NCBI RefSeq assembly: GCF_004296515.1
Contig: NZ_AP018160.1
Coordinates: 150,001-182,000 of the forward strand
Reading direction: 5' to 3'
Length of the DNA stretch: 32,000 nucleotides
Source of the DNA: Candidatus Saccharimonadota bacterium
Lineage (GTDB): Bacteria > Pseudomonadota > Gammaproteobacteria > Enterobacterales > Enterobacteriaceae
Positions within the stretch are counted from its first letter, which is position 1; every line of letters starts with the position of its first letter. The notes beneath the pieces are model-generated. The model did not search any database. It was not told where the DNA came from and saw only the letters and a list, made by a program, of their open reading frames with translations. Positions 8,293 through 18,294 of this stretch are shown one piece after another. The position numbers and the translations under genes were made by a program.

Positions 8293-10056
8293 TTAATTAT
8301 TTTTAATATTTAAATAATTAGTTAATTTATATATTAGATCTATATTTATTTTATTATTCATAAAATTATTTAATGAATTAAATTCATTTTTATTTATATT
8401 TAATTTATTATTTATATAATCATTTTTATATTCTTTTATTAATTTTAATATATTATTATATTTTAATGATAATTTTATAGATGTTTTTTTTCCTATGTTA
8501 TTTATTCCAAGAGAATATATAAATTTATATAATGTTGTATTTTTTGATATTTCTAAGGAATTTAATATATTATTTGCTTTTTTAAATTTTATATTAGGTA
8601 TTAATAATAAATTATTAATATTTAAATTATATAAATCAATAGGTGAATTTATTTTTATATATTTATTAATAATATTTATAGTTTTTTTCCCTAATCCTTT
8701 AGCAAAGTTACAATCTTTTGAAAAAAAATGATTTATTTTATTATTTATTTGAGATTTACAGAAAAAACTATATGAACATTTTAATATATTATTAATATTT
8801 TCAATTTTTGAATTACAAGATGGACAATTTTCAGGAATATTTATTATTTTATTATTTTTTTTTTCAATTACATTTTTTATAGTTGGAATAACATCCCCTG
8901 ATCTTTTTATTAAAATTTTATCTCCTATATTTATATTTAATTTAATCATTTTATTTATATTATTTAGATATATTTTTTTAATTAATACACCTGATATTAT
9001 TACTTCATTTATTTCTGCTATCGGAATTAAAGTTCCAGTTTTTGTTATATCAAAATATATATTTTTTACATATGTAACAGCTTCTTCTGATGGAAATTTA
9101 TATGCTACAGCCCAATTAGGAAATTTACTTGATAATCCTAATTTATTTTGTAAATTTATTGAATCAATTTTAACAACTAATCCATCTATAGAATATTTTA
9201 ATTTATGTCTATTTTTTTTTAAATTTAAATAATATTTATATATTGAATCTATATTATTAAATTTTTTATATTTATTTTTATAATTAAATCCTAGATTATT
9301 TAATATATTTAAAATTTCAAATTGACTATTATTATTAAAAATACTATTTTTATTAGTAATTTTACCTAAACCATAGCAGAAAAAATTTAATATATTATTT
9401 TTTATACTATTATTTTTTTTTTGTCTTGCTAATCCAGATGCTGCATTTCTTGAATTAGAAAATGTTTTTTTATTTTTTAATTTTAATTTTTTATTAAAAT
9501 TAAAAAATTCTTTATTTGATATACATATTTCTCCTCTTATTTCAACTAAATTTGGTAATAAAAATTTTTTATTTAATTTTTTAGGAATTCCATTTATATT
9601 ATCTATATTATGATATATACTTTCACCATATAATCCATTACCTCTAGTTGATATACTTATTAATATTCCTTTTTTATATATCAAATTTGCTGCTAATCCA
9701 TCTAATTTATATTCACAACAATATTCAATTTTATTTATTAAATTTAATTTATTATTTATTTTATTTATAAATTTATTATATTCTTCAAATGAATATATTG
9801 TTTTTAGAGATAACATAATATTAAAATGTTTTATATTATCACGTAAATTTAATATAAAGTTATTTATTTTTATAGTTGGAGAATTTTTCGTTTTATATTC
9901 AGGATATTTATCTTCTAAATATTTTAATTTTTTTAATAAAAGATCATATTCATAATCTGATATTTTTATTTTATTTAATATAAAATATCTGTATTCTAAA
10001 GATATTATTTTTTTTCTTAAATTATATATTATATTTTCTATATTTTTATTATTCAT
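8293..10056 (-). CDS. ligA: NAD-dependent DNA ligase LigA (short form, apparently without the BRCT domain)
   Basis: 587 aa. Adenylation motif CEYKLDGLA (KxDG), OB region, Cys4 zinc finger CPSCNS..CSYSFFC, and an HhH region extending to the C-terminus. Confidence 0.92.
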   Translation of the reverse strand: MNNKNIENIIYNLRKKIISLEYRYFILNKIKISDYEYDLLLKKLKYLEDKYPEYKTKNSPTIKINNFILNLRDNIKHFNIMLSLKTIYSFEEYNKFINKINNKLNLINKIEYCCEYKLDGLAANLIYKKGILISISTRGNGLYGESIYHNIDNINGIPKKLNKKFLLPNLVEIRGEICISNKEFFNFNKKLKLKNKKTFSNSRNAASGLARQKKNNSIKNNILNFFCYGLGKITNKNSIFNNNSQFEILNILNNLGFNYKNKYKKFNNIDSIYKYYLNLKKNRHKLKYSIDGLVVKIDSINLQNKLGLSSKFPNWAVAYKFPSEEAVTYVKNIYFDITKTGTLIPIAEINEVIISGVLIKKIYLNNINKMIKLNINIGDKILIKRSGDVIPTIKNVIEKKNNKIINIPENCPSCNSKIENINNILKCSYSFFCKSQINNKINHFFSKDCNFAKGLGKKTINIINKYIKINSPIDLYNLNINNLLLIPNIKFKKANNILNSLEISKNTTLYKFIYSLGINNIGKKTSIKLSLKYNNILKLIKEYKNDYINNKLNINKNEFNSLNNFMNNKINIDLIYKLTNYLNIKNN

Positions 10057-10103
10057 TAATTTATATTAACATATATAATATTATATTTTATAAAATTTTA
10101 ATT

Positions 10104-10802
10104 ATGAAAATAAAAAAAAAATATTATGGAACCGCAGTTATTTTATGTGATGAATATAATAACTTATTTAATAAAAAAATATTTAACAAATATAAAGAAA
10201 TAATTTTTTTAAAAAAGAAATTTAAATTTATATTAAATCAATTTAAAATCAACTTTTTTAAGGTAAATAAATATATAGGTAATATTGAATTTAAAAAAAA
10301 AATAAAGAACATAATATATATATTAGAAAATAAAAATATTTTATATAAATCAATATTAATGATTAAAAATAATTCATTTAATTCAGTTAAATCATTAATA
10401 TTAACACTTAATAATGAATTTAATAAAGAAAATGATGTTGAATATAATAATAATTTAATATATATAGGTAATTTTATAATAAATGTTATATTTAATAATT
10501 TAATTTTAAATAAATATATTAATAATAATGAAAATTCAATACTTTTAGTAAAAAATATTTCTTTATTGTATATAATAAAATTTATTTTTTTAAATGTTAA
10601 ATATATACTAATTGAAGATAACTATTTTACTAATAATTTTAAAAAAAAATATATATTTTTTAATAATGAATATATTTTTTTAAAAGTAAAAAATATTTTT
10701 AATTTTATAAAAAATGGAGATTTTTTAATTATTGATTATTTACTTAAAAAAATTTACATAAATCCTTCATCATTAAAAATAAAACAAATATATAATACTT
10801 AA
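10104..10802 (+). CDS. hypothetical protein; probable degenerate N-terminal remnant of PTS enzyme I (HPr-binding plus swivel domain, catalytic His lost, PEP-binding domain absent)
   Basis: 232-aa open frame. By-eye collinearity with E. coli PtsI residues about 1-235: [18 protein letters not shown] vs [32 protein letters not shown] vs [31 protein letters not shown] vs [17 protein letters not shown]. It sits diverging from ligA, as the cysZ-cysK-ptsH-ptsI block does in E. coli. See findings. Confidence 0.45.
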   Translation: [232 protein letters not shown]

Positions 10803-10875
10803 TTAAACTATTTACTTTAAAATATTATTAATATAATATATTTATATATATTCAAATATTATATAGAGGAAAAGT

Positions 10876-12861
10876 ATGATTTTAAGAAATATATTATCTA
10901 ATGCATTAAGAATATTAAGTATGGATATGGTTGAAAATGCAAAATCAGGACATCCTGGTGCTCCTATGGGAATGTCTGATATATTTGAAGTTTTATGGAG
11001 AGATTTTATTAATCATAATCCTAAAAACCCTAAATGGATTAATAGAGATAGATTTGTATTATCAAATGGACATTGTTCAGCTTTATTATATAGTGTATTA
11101 CATCTTACTGGATATAATATATCTATATCAGATTTAAAAAATTTTAGAAAATTAAATTCTAAAACACCTGGACATCCAGAATATTCTCATACTGAAGGTA
11201 TAGAAGTTACAACTGGACCATTAGGTCAAGGATTAGCTAACGCTGTAGGATTTGCTATAGCAGAAAAAACATTATCAAGTCAATTTAATAAAAATAATTT
11301 TAATATTATAAATCATAATACATATGTATTTGTTGGAGATGGATGTTTAATGGAAGGAATATCACATGAGGTATGTTCATTAGCTGGTAAATTAAAATTA
11401 AATAAATTAATTGTTTTTTATGATAAAAATAATGTATCTATAGATGGTAATACTGAAAATTGGTTTATAGATGATACAAAAAATAGATTTTTATCATATG
11501 ATTGGAATGTTATAAATATAAATGGACATGATAGTAAATCTATATTTAATTCTATATATAATGCTAAAAAATCTAATAAACCAAATTTAATAATATGTAA
11601 TACATTAATAGGATATGGATCTCCTAATAAATGTGGTGACTATAAAATTCATGGAACACCTTTAGGTAAGGAAGAATCAATAAATACTAGAAAATTTTTA
11701 AATTGGAATTATGAACCATTTTATATACCTAAAGAAATATATAATGAATGGAATTCAGTTAAAGTAGGTATTAAAAAAGAAAATAATTGGAATAAAATGT
11801 TGTTTAAATATAAATTAAAATTTCCAGAATTATTTAATGAATTAAATAGAAGAATAAATAAAGAATTACCTAAAGATTGGAATGAATATAATGAAAAAAT
11901 AATTTCAGACATAAAAAATAATTTAGAAAATATATCTACAAGAAAAGCATCACAAAATGTTATAGAAAAATTTGTTAGTAAATTACCAGAATTAATAGGT
12001 GGTTCTTCAGATTTAACTTCTAGTGTATTAACAAATTGTTCAAAATCTATTCCAATAGATAAATTTTCATATGGGAATTATATAAATTATGGAGTTAGAG
12101 AATTTGGTATGACAGCTATAAATAATGGTATTTCAATATATAATGGATTTATTCCATATGGCGGTACCTTTTTATCTTTTATGGATTATGCTAAAAGTGC
12201 TGTAAGAATGTCTGCGTTAATGAAATTAAGAAGTATACATATATATAGTCATGATTCTGTATTTATAGGTGAAGATGGACCAACTCATCAACCTGTAGAA
12301 CAATTAGATTCTTTAAGATTAATACCTAATTTACATATATGGCGTCCATTTAATCAAATAGAAACAGTTATAGCATGGAAATATGCGATAGAAAGATTAG
12401 ATGGTCCTACAGCATTAATACTATCTAGACAAAATATATATTCTAATAATTTATTAATAAATAATATTTTTAATATATATAAAGGTGGATATATAGTTAA
12501 AAGTTGTAATGAATATCCTGATATAACAATAATATCTACAGGATCTGAAATTGAATTATCTTATAATTTATATATTCTTTTAAGTAAAAAAAAAATTAAA
12601 ACTAGATTAGTATCAATTCCTTCTACTAGTGTATTTGATTTACAAAATAAATCTTATTATTATGATGTATTACCGAAAAAATCTAAAAAAATAATAATAG
12701 AAGCTAGTTATTCTAATTTTTGGTATAAATATTTAGAAAATAATGGAAAAATAATAGGAATTAAAACATTTGGTAAATCTGGAAGTATAGATGAATTGCA
12801 TGAATATTTTGGATTTAAAGAAAGTAATATATTTAATGATATAAAAAATTTATTTAATTAA
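10876..12861 (+). CDS. tktA: transketolase
   Basis: 661 aa. LSMDMVENAKSGHPGAPMGM, ThDP-binding GDGCLMEGISHE, and GEDGPTHQPVEQL. AGAGGA Shine-Dalgarno upstream. Confidence 0.95.
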   Translation: MILRNILSNALRILSMDMVENAKSGHPGAPMGMSDIFEVLWRDFINHNPKNPKWINRDRFVLSNGHCSALLYSVLHLTGYNISISDLKNFRKLNSKTPGHPEYSHTEGIEVTTGPLGQGLANAVGFAIAEKTLSSQFNKNNFNIINHNTYVFVGDGCLMEGISHEVCSLAGKLKLNKLIVFYDKNNVSIDGNTENWFIDDTKNRFLSYDWNVININGHDSKSIFNSIYNAKKSNKPNLIICNTLIGYGSPNKCGDYKIHGTPLGKEESINTRKFLNWNYEPFYIPKEIYNEWNSVKVGIKKENNWNKMLFKYKLKFPELFNELNRRINKELPKDWNEYNEKIISDIKNNLENISTRKASQNVIEKFVSKLPELIGGSSDLTSSVLTNCSKSIPIDKFSYGNYINYGVREFGMTAINNGISIYNGFIPYGGTFLSFMDYAKSAVRMSALMKLRSIHIYSHDSVFIGEDGPTHQPVEQLDSLRLIPNLHIWRPFNQIETVIAWKYAIERLDGPTALILSRQNIYSNNLLINNIFNIYKGGYIVKSCNEYPDITIISTGSEIELSYNLYILLSKKKIKTRLVSIPSTSVFDLQNKSYYYDVLPKKSKKIIIEASYSNFWYKYLENNGKIIGIKTFGKSGSIDELHEYFGFKESNIFNDIKNLFN

Positions 12862-12981
12862 TAAATATTGATTTTTATTTATATTAGATATATATTGTTA
12901 TTAATAATTAATATTTATTAAATTTTTTATTATTTATATTAATCTAATAAATATATTTTAAATAATTTAAAGAGAAATAAT

Positions 12982-14262
12982 ATGAATAAATTATTATTAA
13001 TAGTATATGTATTTTTATTTGGTTTTAGTAATTTAAACTGTAAATGTAAAACCGTTGATGAAATAGTTGCAGTTGTAAATAATTTAGTAATTTTAAAAAG
13101 TGAATTAAATAATTTTAAGAAATTAATAGAATTAGATGGATCATTTAAAAAAGAAGTAGATAATTCTAAATTAGATAATATTTTATTAAATCAATTAATA
13201 ATAGATAAAATGAGTTATCAAATTGCATTAGAAAAAAATATTTTAGTTAATAATTCTGATGTTAATAGATTTATAGAAAATATAGCAAATCAAAACTCTA
13301 TTAGTAAAGATGTTTTTTTAAAAAGAATTAGTCTTAATAATATTAATATAAATTATTATAAAGATTTTATTAAAAGAAAAATAACTAATAATATTTTATA
13401 TAATAAAGAAATAAGAAAATTAATTGATGTTACTGATAAAGAAATTTTAGATATGTATAAAAATATAGATTCTAATAAAATATTAGATTTATTTACAAGT
13501 TATGATTTTTATGAAATATATGTACCTTTTAATGAAAAATCTAAATTAAATATAAATATTAATAATAAAAGTTTTATTAATAATTTATTATTTATGCTTA
13601 AAAATAATTATTCTTTAGATATAATAAAAAAATTTATTAATGTTTATAATAAAAATGTAAAGATAAATGAATATAAAGATATAAAATTAAAAAATTTAAA
13701 TAGTATTTATATACCTTATTTTAATAAAATTAATAAAGAAAAGTTTGTTGTTGATCCAATAGTAGTAGATAATAATATGTATTTAATAAAAATAAATAAA
13801 ATACATAAAGAAAATTTCTCTAGATTAGTTAATGAAGTTAATATATCTAATATATTAATAAAAGATAAAGATTTAACAAAAGAAATAAAAGATAAAGTTG
13901 ATAGTATATATAAAGATATAAAAAATAATAAAATTTCATTTTCTGAAGCTGCTAAAAAATATTCAGAAGATAATGTATCTTCTAATAACGGAGGAAATGT
14001 AGGATGGTATATAATAAATATTTATAATAAAGATTTTATAAATGAAATAAATAAATTAAAAATTGGAGAAATTAGTAAACCATTTTTTTCTAATAAGAGT
14101 TGGAATTTAATAAAATTAGTAAATACAAGAAATGTAAAATATGGTGAATTTATAAAGAAAAAATATATATATGAATACATTTTTAATAAAAAATTCTCAA
14201 AAGAATTAGAACAATGGATAGAAAATAATAAAAAATTGACATATATAAAAATATATAATTAA
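12982..14262 (+). CDS. surA: periplasmic chaperone / peptidyl-prolyl isomerase SurA
   Basis: 426 aa. N-terminal signal-like segment, VDEIVAVVNN start of the mature protein as in E. coli SurA, and a parvulin domain (NNGGNVGWY..SKPFFSNKSWNLIKL). Followed by rsmA, matching the surA-(pdxA)-rsmA order. Confidence 0.85.
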   Translation: MNKLLLIVYVFLFGFSNLNCKCKTVDEIVAVVNNLVILKSELNNFKKLIELDGSFKKEVDNSKLDNILLNQLIIDKMSYQIALEKNILVNNSDVNRFIENIANQNSISKDVFLKRISLNNININYYKDFIKRKITNNILYNKEIRKLIDVTDKEILDMYKNIDSNKILDLFTSYDFYEIYVPFNEKSKLNININNKSFINNLLFMLKNNYSLDIIKKFINVYNKNVKINEYKDIKLKNLNSIYIPYFNKINKEKFVVDPIVVDNNMYLIKINKIHKENFSRLVNEVNISNILIKDKDLTKEIKDKVDSIYKDIKNNKISFSEAAKKYSEDNVSSNNGGNVGWYIINIYNKDFINEINKLKIGEISKPFFSNKSWNLIKLVNTRNVKYGEFIKKKYIYEYIFNKKFSKELEQWIENNKKLTYIKIYN

Positions 14263-14292
14263 ATATTAATTTATTATATATTTTTTATATTT

Positions 14293-15075
14293 ATGAGAAA
14301 TAATAAATTTGATCAAATTTTTCTTAAAGATATAAATATTATAAATTTTATAATTAAAAATATAAATCCTAAATATTATCAAAATATAGTTGAAATCGGG
14401 CCCGGTTTAGGATCTATAACATTACCAATTATTAAGTATTTAAATTTATTAACTTTAATAGAAATAGATAAAAATATATCTAATAAATTGATTAGATTAT
14501 TAAATATTAATAGTAATAAAATTATATTATATAATGAAGATGCTAGATTTTTTAATTATAATAAATTAATTAAAAATAAATATGATAAATTAAGAATATT
14601 TGGTAATTTACCATATAATAATTCATTATTAATAATTATAAATTGTATTAAATATTATAATATAATACATGATATTCATTTTATGATTCAAAGAGAATTA
14701 TCAGAAAAATTAATTAGTAATAAATTATGTAAATCTAATATATTAATTAGATGTTTTTTTAATATTAATATTATATATAAAAATATACATCCTAATTCAT
14801 TTTATCCGAAACCTAAAGTTTATTCTTCAATAATTAAAATAATTCCTAAAAAAAAAAATTTGTCTATAAAATATTTATTTTTTTTAAAAAAAATATCAAG
14901 AATACTTTTTTGTAACAAAAGAAAAATAATTAAAAATAATTTAAAAAATTTATTTAATATTAATAATTTAATTTTATTAGAAAAATTAAATTTTATTAAT
15001 TTAAATTTAAGAGCAGAAAATTTATCTATTAATCAATTTATAAAATTATTATTTTTTTATTTAAAAAATAAGTAA
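14293..15075 (+). CDS. rsmA: 16S rRNA (adenine1518/1519-N6)-dimethyltransferase
   Basis: 260 aa. FDQIFLKD (QNFL-type) motif, SAM-binding VEIGPGLGSIT, NLPYN motif. Confidence 0.92.
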   Translation: MRNNKFDQIFLKDINIINFIIKNINPKYYQNIVEIGPGLGSITLPIIKYLNLLTLIEIDKNISNKLIRLLNINSNKIILYNEDARFFNYNKLIKNKYDKLRIFGNLPYNNSLLIIINCIKYYNIIHDIHFMIQRELSEKLISNKLCKSNILIRCFFNINIIYKNIHPNSFYPKPKVYSSIIKIIPKKKNLSIKYLFFLKKISRILFCNKRKIIKNNLKNLFNINNLILLEKLNFINLNLRAENLSINQFIKLLFFYLKNK

Positions 15076-15085
15076 AAATAAATAA

Positions 15086-17896
15086 TTATACAAATTTTCT
15101 TATTTCATTTATATTATTCATATTATTAAAACATCTATTACATATATAATCTTCTTTTTTATAATTTATTTTATTATTTACTTCACATAAATGCCAACAT
15201 CTATTACATTTTATTCCATTAATTTTATCTAAAAATATCTTATTATTACCTATATGTATAAAATCTTTAATTTTTTCTGGAAAATTTTCAATTTTATTAA
15301 TTGTTACTTTAGAAGTTATAAATATATAATGTAATTCATTTTTTAATAATTTTATTTCATTAAATAAATATTTATCCAAATATAGATATATATGTAATTC
15401 TAAATTACTATTTATAACTTTATGTTTTTTAATTATTTCTATTTTTTTATTTATTTCATTTTTTATATTAAATATAAAATTCCATATTTTATTACTTAAT
15501 ATTTTATATTTATTTATATTTTTTAATTTATTAAACCATTCTTCTGTAAATATAGATTTAGATCTATTTCCAGGAATATATTCCCATATTTCTTCTGATG
15601 TAAAAGATAATATTGGAGATATCCATCTAACTAAAGATTCTAATATATAAAATATAGATGTTTGACAACTTCTTCTTGGAATAGAATCTTTCCCTAAAGT
15701 ATATTGTCTATCTTTTATTATTTCTAAATAATTTGAACTCAAATCAACTGAACAAAAATTTATTATATGATCTAAAACATTACAAAAATTATATGAATTA
15801 TATAAATAAATTATTTTTTTTTGTAAAAAATAAGTTTTTTTTAATATCCATAAATCTATTTGAACCATATTTTCATAATTTATATAATCTTTATTATAAT
15901 CAAAATCATATAAATTAGATAATAAAAATCTAATAGTATTTCTTATTTTTTTATAATTATCAGATACTCTATCTAAAATTTCATATGAAACTGATATATT
16001 TTTTTTATAATCAGACGAAGATACCCACAATCTAATTATATCAGATCCAAATTTTTTAATTAATTCATTAGGATTTATTATATTTCCAATCGATTTAGAC
16101 ATTTTTTTTTTATTTTTATCTATAACAAATCCATGTGTTAATATATTTTTATATGATGATTTATTATTTAACGCAATAGATATTAATAATGATGACATAA
16201 ACCAACCTCTATATTGATCTATTCCTTCAACACATAAATCTATATAATTTTTATCTTTAAATTTATCAATATCTTTTACTACAGAAAAAAATGTGGTTCC
16301 AGAATCAAACCATACATCTAAAACATCATATACTTTTACATAATCTTTATAATTTTCTGTTAATTCACATAAATTAATATCCCACCATGATTGAATACCA
16401 TATTTTTCTATAATATTAGAAATTTTTTCTATTATAATATCTATATCAGGATGTAATTTATTATTATATTTGTTAATGATTAATGTTATTGGTATACCCC
16501 AATTTCTTTGACGAGATATACACCACTCTTTTCTTTTAATTATCATTTCTTTAATATAATTTTTACCCCATTTAGGTATCCATCTTATTTTATTTATTTC
16601 ATTTATTATATTGTTTTTTAAATTATTATTTTCTAAATCTATAAACCACTGATTAGTTACCCTAAATATTATTTTATAATTATGTCTATAACAAAATGCA
16701 TATTTATGAATATAATTTTTAATAAATAATAATGAATTATTTTCTTTTAATATATTTATAATATCTAAAATAGAATCAAATATAAATTTTTTATCTAATA
16801 ATTTATGTGTATTATCATTATAATATCCATATTTATTTATAGAATTTTTTATATTTAAATTAAATTTTAAACCAATTTCATAATCAGTTTGTCCATGTCC
16901 TGGAGCTATATGAACTATACCAGTACCAAATTCTATATTTATACTTTCATCAAAAATTACAGGTACTGTATTATTATTTATAGGATTAATACACATAAAA
17001 TTTAATATATATTTACCTAATATTTTTTTTATATTAATAAAATTTTTTATATTATTTTCTTTTATAAAATTATTTAATGAATTACATGATAATATAATTA
17101 TTTCATCATTATATTCTATTAAATTATAATAAATATTAGGATTTATAGATATAGCTTCATTATCTGGTAATGTCCATGGAGTTGTTGTCCATATTACTAA
17201 TGATACTTTATAATTATCTATATTTAATATTTTATTAGCATAATTTATATTTTTAATATAAAATTTAATATATAAAGATTTTGATGTTATATTTTTATAT
17301 ATAATTTCTGATTCAGATAAAACTGATTTACAATTAATACACCAATATATAGGTTTAATACCTGATTTTATATAATTTAATTTTACTAATTTTCCAAATA
17401 TTTTTATTATATTTGAAATTGTTTTAAAATTCATAGTTAAATATGAATTTTTCCAATCTGCAAATATACCTAATCTAATAAAATCTGATTTTTGTATATC
17501 TATTTGTTGAATTACATATTTTCTACATTTTAATCTAAATTCTTTTTTATTTATTTTTTCATTATTTATATTTTCAATTTTTGATTCTATTGGTAATCCG
17601 TGACAATCCCATCCAACAATATAAGGAGCATTCATTCCAGATAAATTTTTAGATTTTATAATTATATCTTTTATAATTTTATTTAAAGCATGTCCCATAT
17701 GTATATTTCCATTAGCATATGGAGGGCCATCATGTAATAAAAATATTTTTTTATTAAGTTTACTTTTCTGTATTAAATCATATATATTATTTTTATTCCA
17801 TTTATATAAAATTTTTATTTCATTTTTTATTAAATTACCTTTCATAGGAAACAATGTTTTAGGTAAATTCAAAGTATTTTTATAATTTTTATTCAT
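15086..17896 (-). CDS. ileS: isoleucine--tRNA ligase
   Basis: 936 aa. PPYANGNIHMGHALN (HIGH), KMSKS, editing-domain insert, and C-terminal CxxC..CxxC zinc cluster (CNRCWH..CNRC). Confidence 0.95.
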   Translation of the reverse strand: MNKNYKNTLNLPKTLFPMKGNLIKNEIKILYKWNKNNIYDLIQKSKLNKKIFLLHDGPPYANGNIHMGHALNKIIKDIIIKSKNLSGMNAPYIVGWDCHGLPIESKIENINNEKINKKEFRLKCRKYVIQQIDIQKSDFIRLGIFADWKNSYLTMNFKTISNIIKIFGKLVKLNYIKSGIKPIYWCINCKSVLSESEIIYKNITSKSLYIKFYIKNINYANKILNIDNYKVSLVIWTTTPWTLPDNEAISINPNIYYNLIEYNDEIIILSCNSLNNFIKENNIKNFINIKKILGKYILNFMCINPINNNTVPVIFDESINIEFGTGIVHIAPGHGQTDYEIGLKFNLNIKNSINKYGYYNDNTHKLLDKKFIFDSILDIINILKENNSLLFIKNYIHKYAFCYRHNYKIIFRVTNQWFIDLENNNLKNNIINEINKIRWIPKWGKNYIKEMIIKRKEWCISRQRNWGIPITLIINKYNNKLHPDIDIIIEKISNIIEKYGIQSWWDINLCELTENYKDYVKVYDVLDVWFDSGTTFFSVVKDIDKFKDKNYIDLCVEGIDQYRGWFMSSLLISIALNNKSSYKNILTHGFVIDKNKKKMSKSIGNIINPNELIKKFGSDIIRLWVSSSDYKKNISVSYEILDRVSDNYKKIRNTIRFLLSNLYDFDYNKDYINYENMVQIDLWILKKTYFLQKKIIYLYNSYNFCNVLDHIINFCSVDLSSNYLEIIKDRQYTLGKDSIPRRSCQTSIFYILESLVRWISPILSFTSEEIWEYIPGNRSKSIFTEEWFNKLKNINKYKILSNKIWNFIFNIKNEINKKIEIIKKHKVINSNLELHIYLYLDKYLFNEIKLLKNELHYIFITSKVTINKIENFPEKIKDFIHIGNNKIFLDKINGIKCNRCWHLCEVNNKINYKKEDYICNRCFNNMNNINEIRKFV

Positions 17897-18014
17897 ATTT
17901 ATTATTTACTATTACTAAAATATATAATATATTTAATATTAAATTATTTAAATATAAAATGACAATATAATTATATATTATAATACTAATTTTCTTAATA
18001 CAATGAGGTAAAAA

Positions 18015-18281
18015 TTGTTAGTTAATAAAGATTTAAAAAAAATAAAAAATAAATATAAAAAAAATGAATTAATAAATAATAGTAAAAAATCTATAATAAA
18101 AAATTTTATAAGAAAAATTAATATTTATTTATTAGATAATAATAAAGAAGAATTAAAAAAAATATTTATAAAATTTCAATCTTATATAGATAGTCAATCC
18201 AGTAAAAGATTAATTCATAAAAATAAAGTATCTAGATATAAATCTAGAATAATGAAAAAGATTAATAATTTAACAATATAA
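18015..18281 (+). CDS. rpsT: 30S ribosomal protein S20
   Basis: 88 aa. ..SKRLIHKNKVSRYKSRIMKKINNL matches S20 (..KGLIHKNKAARHKANL..). TTG start preceded by GAGG; E. coli rpsT also starts with UUG. Divergent from ileS as in E. coli. Confidence 0.9.
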   Translation: MLVNKDLKKIKNKYKKNELINNSKKSIIKNFIRKINIYLLDNNKEELKKIFIKFQSYIDSQSSKRLIHKNKVSRYKSRIMKKINNLTI

Positions 18282-18294
18282 ATATTATATTATT

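Noticed and set aside
12868-12896. TTGATT - 17 nt - TATATT upstream of surA
   Set aside because: Both hexamers are weak, the site is 86 nt from the start codon, and such matches are expected by chance at this composition.
17959-17984. Promoter-like ATGACA ... TATAAT upstream of rpsT
   Set aside because: The spacer is only 14 nt by my count, and TATAAT-like hexamers occur by chance throughout this AT-rich DNA. It is not supportable as a call.
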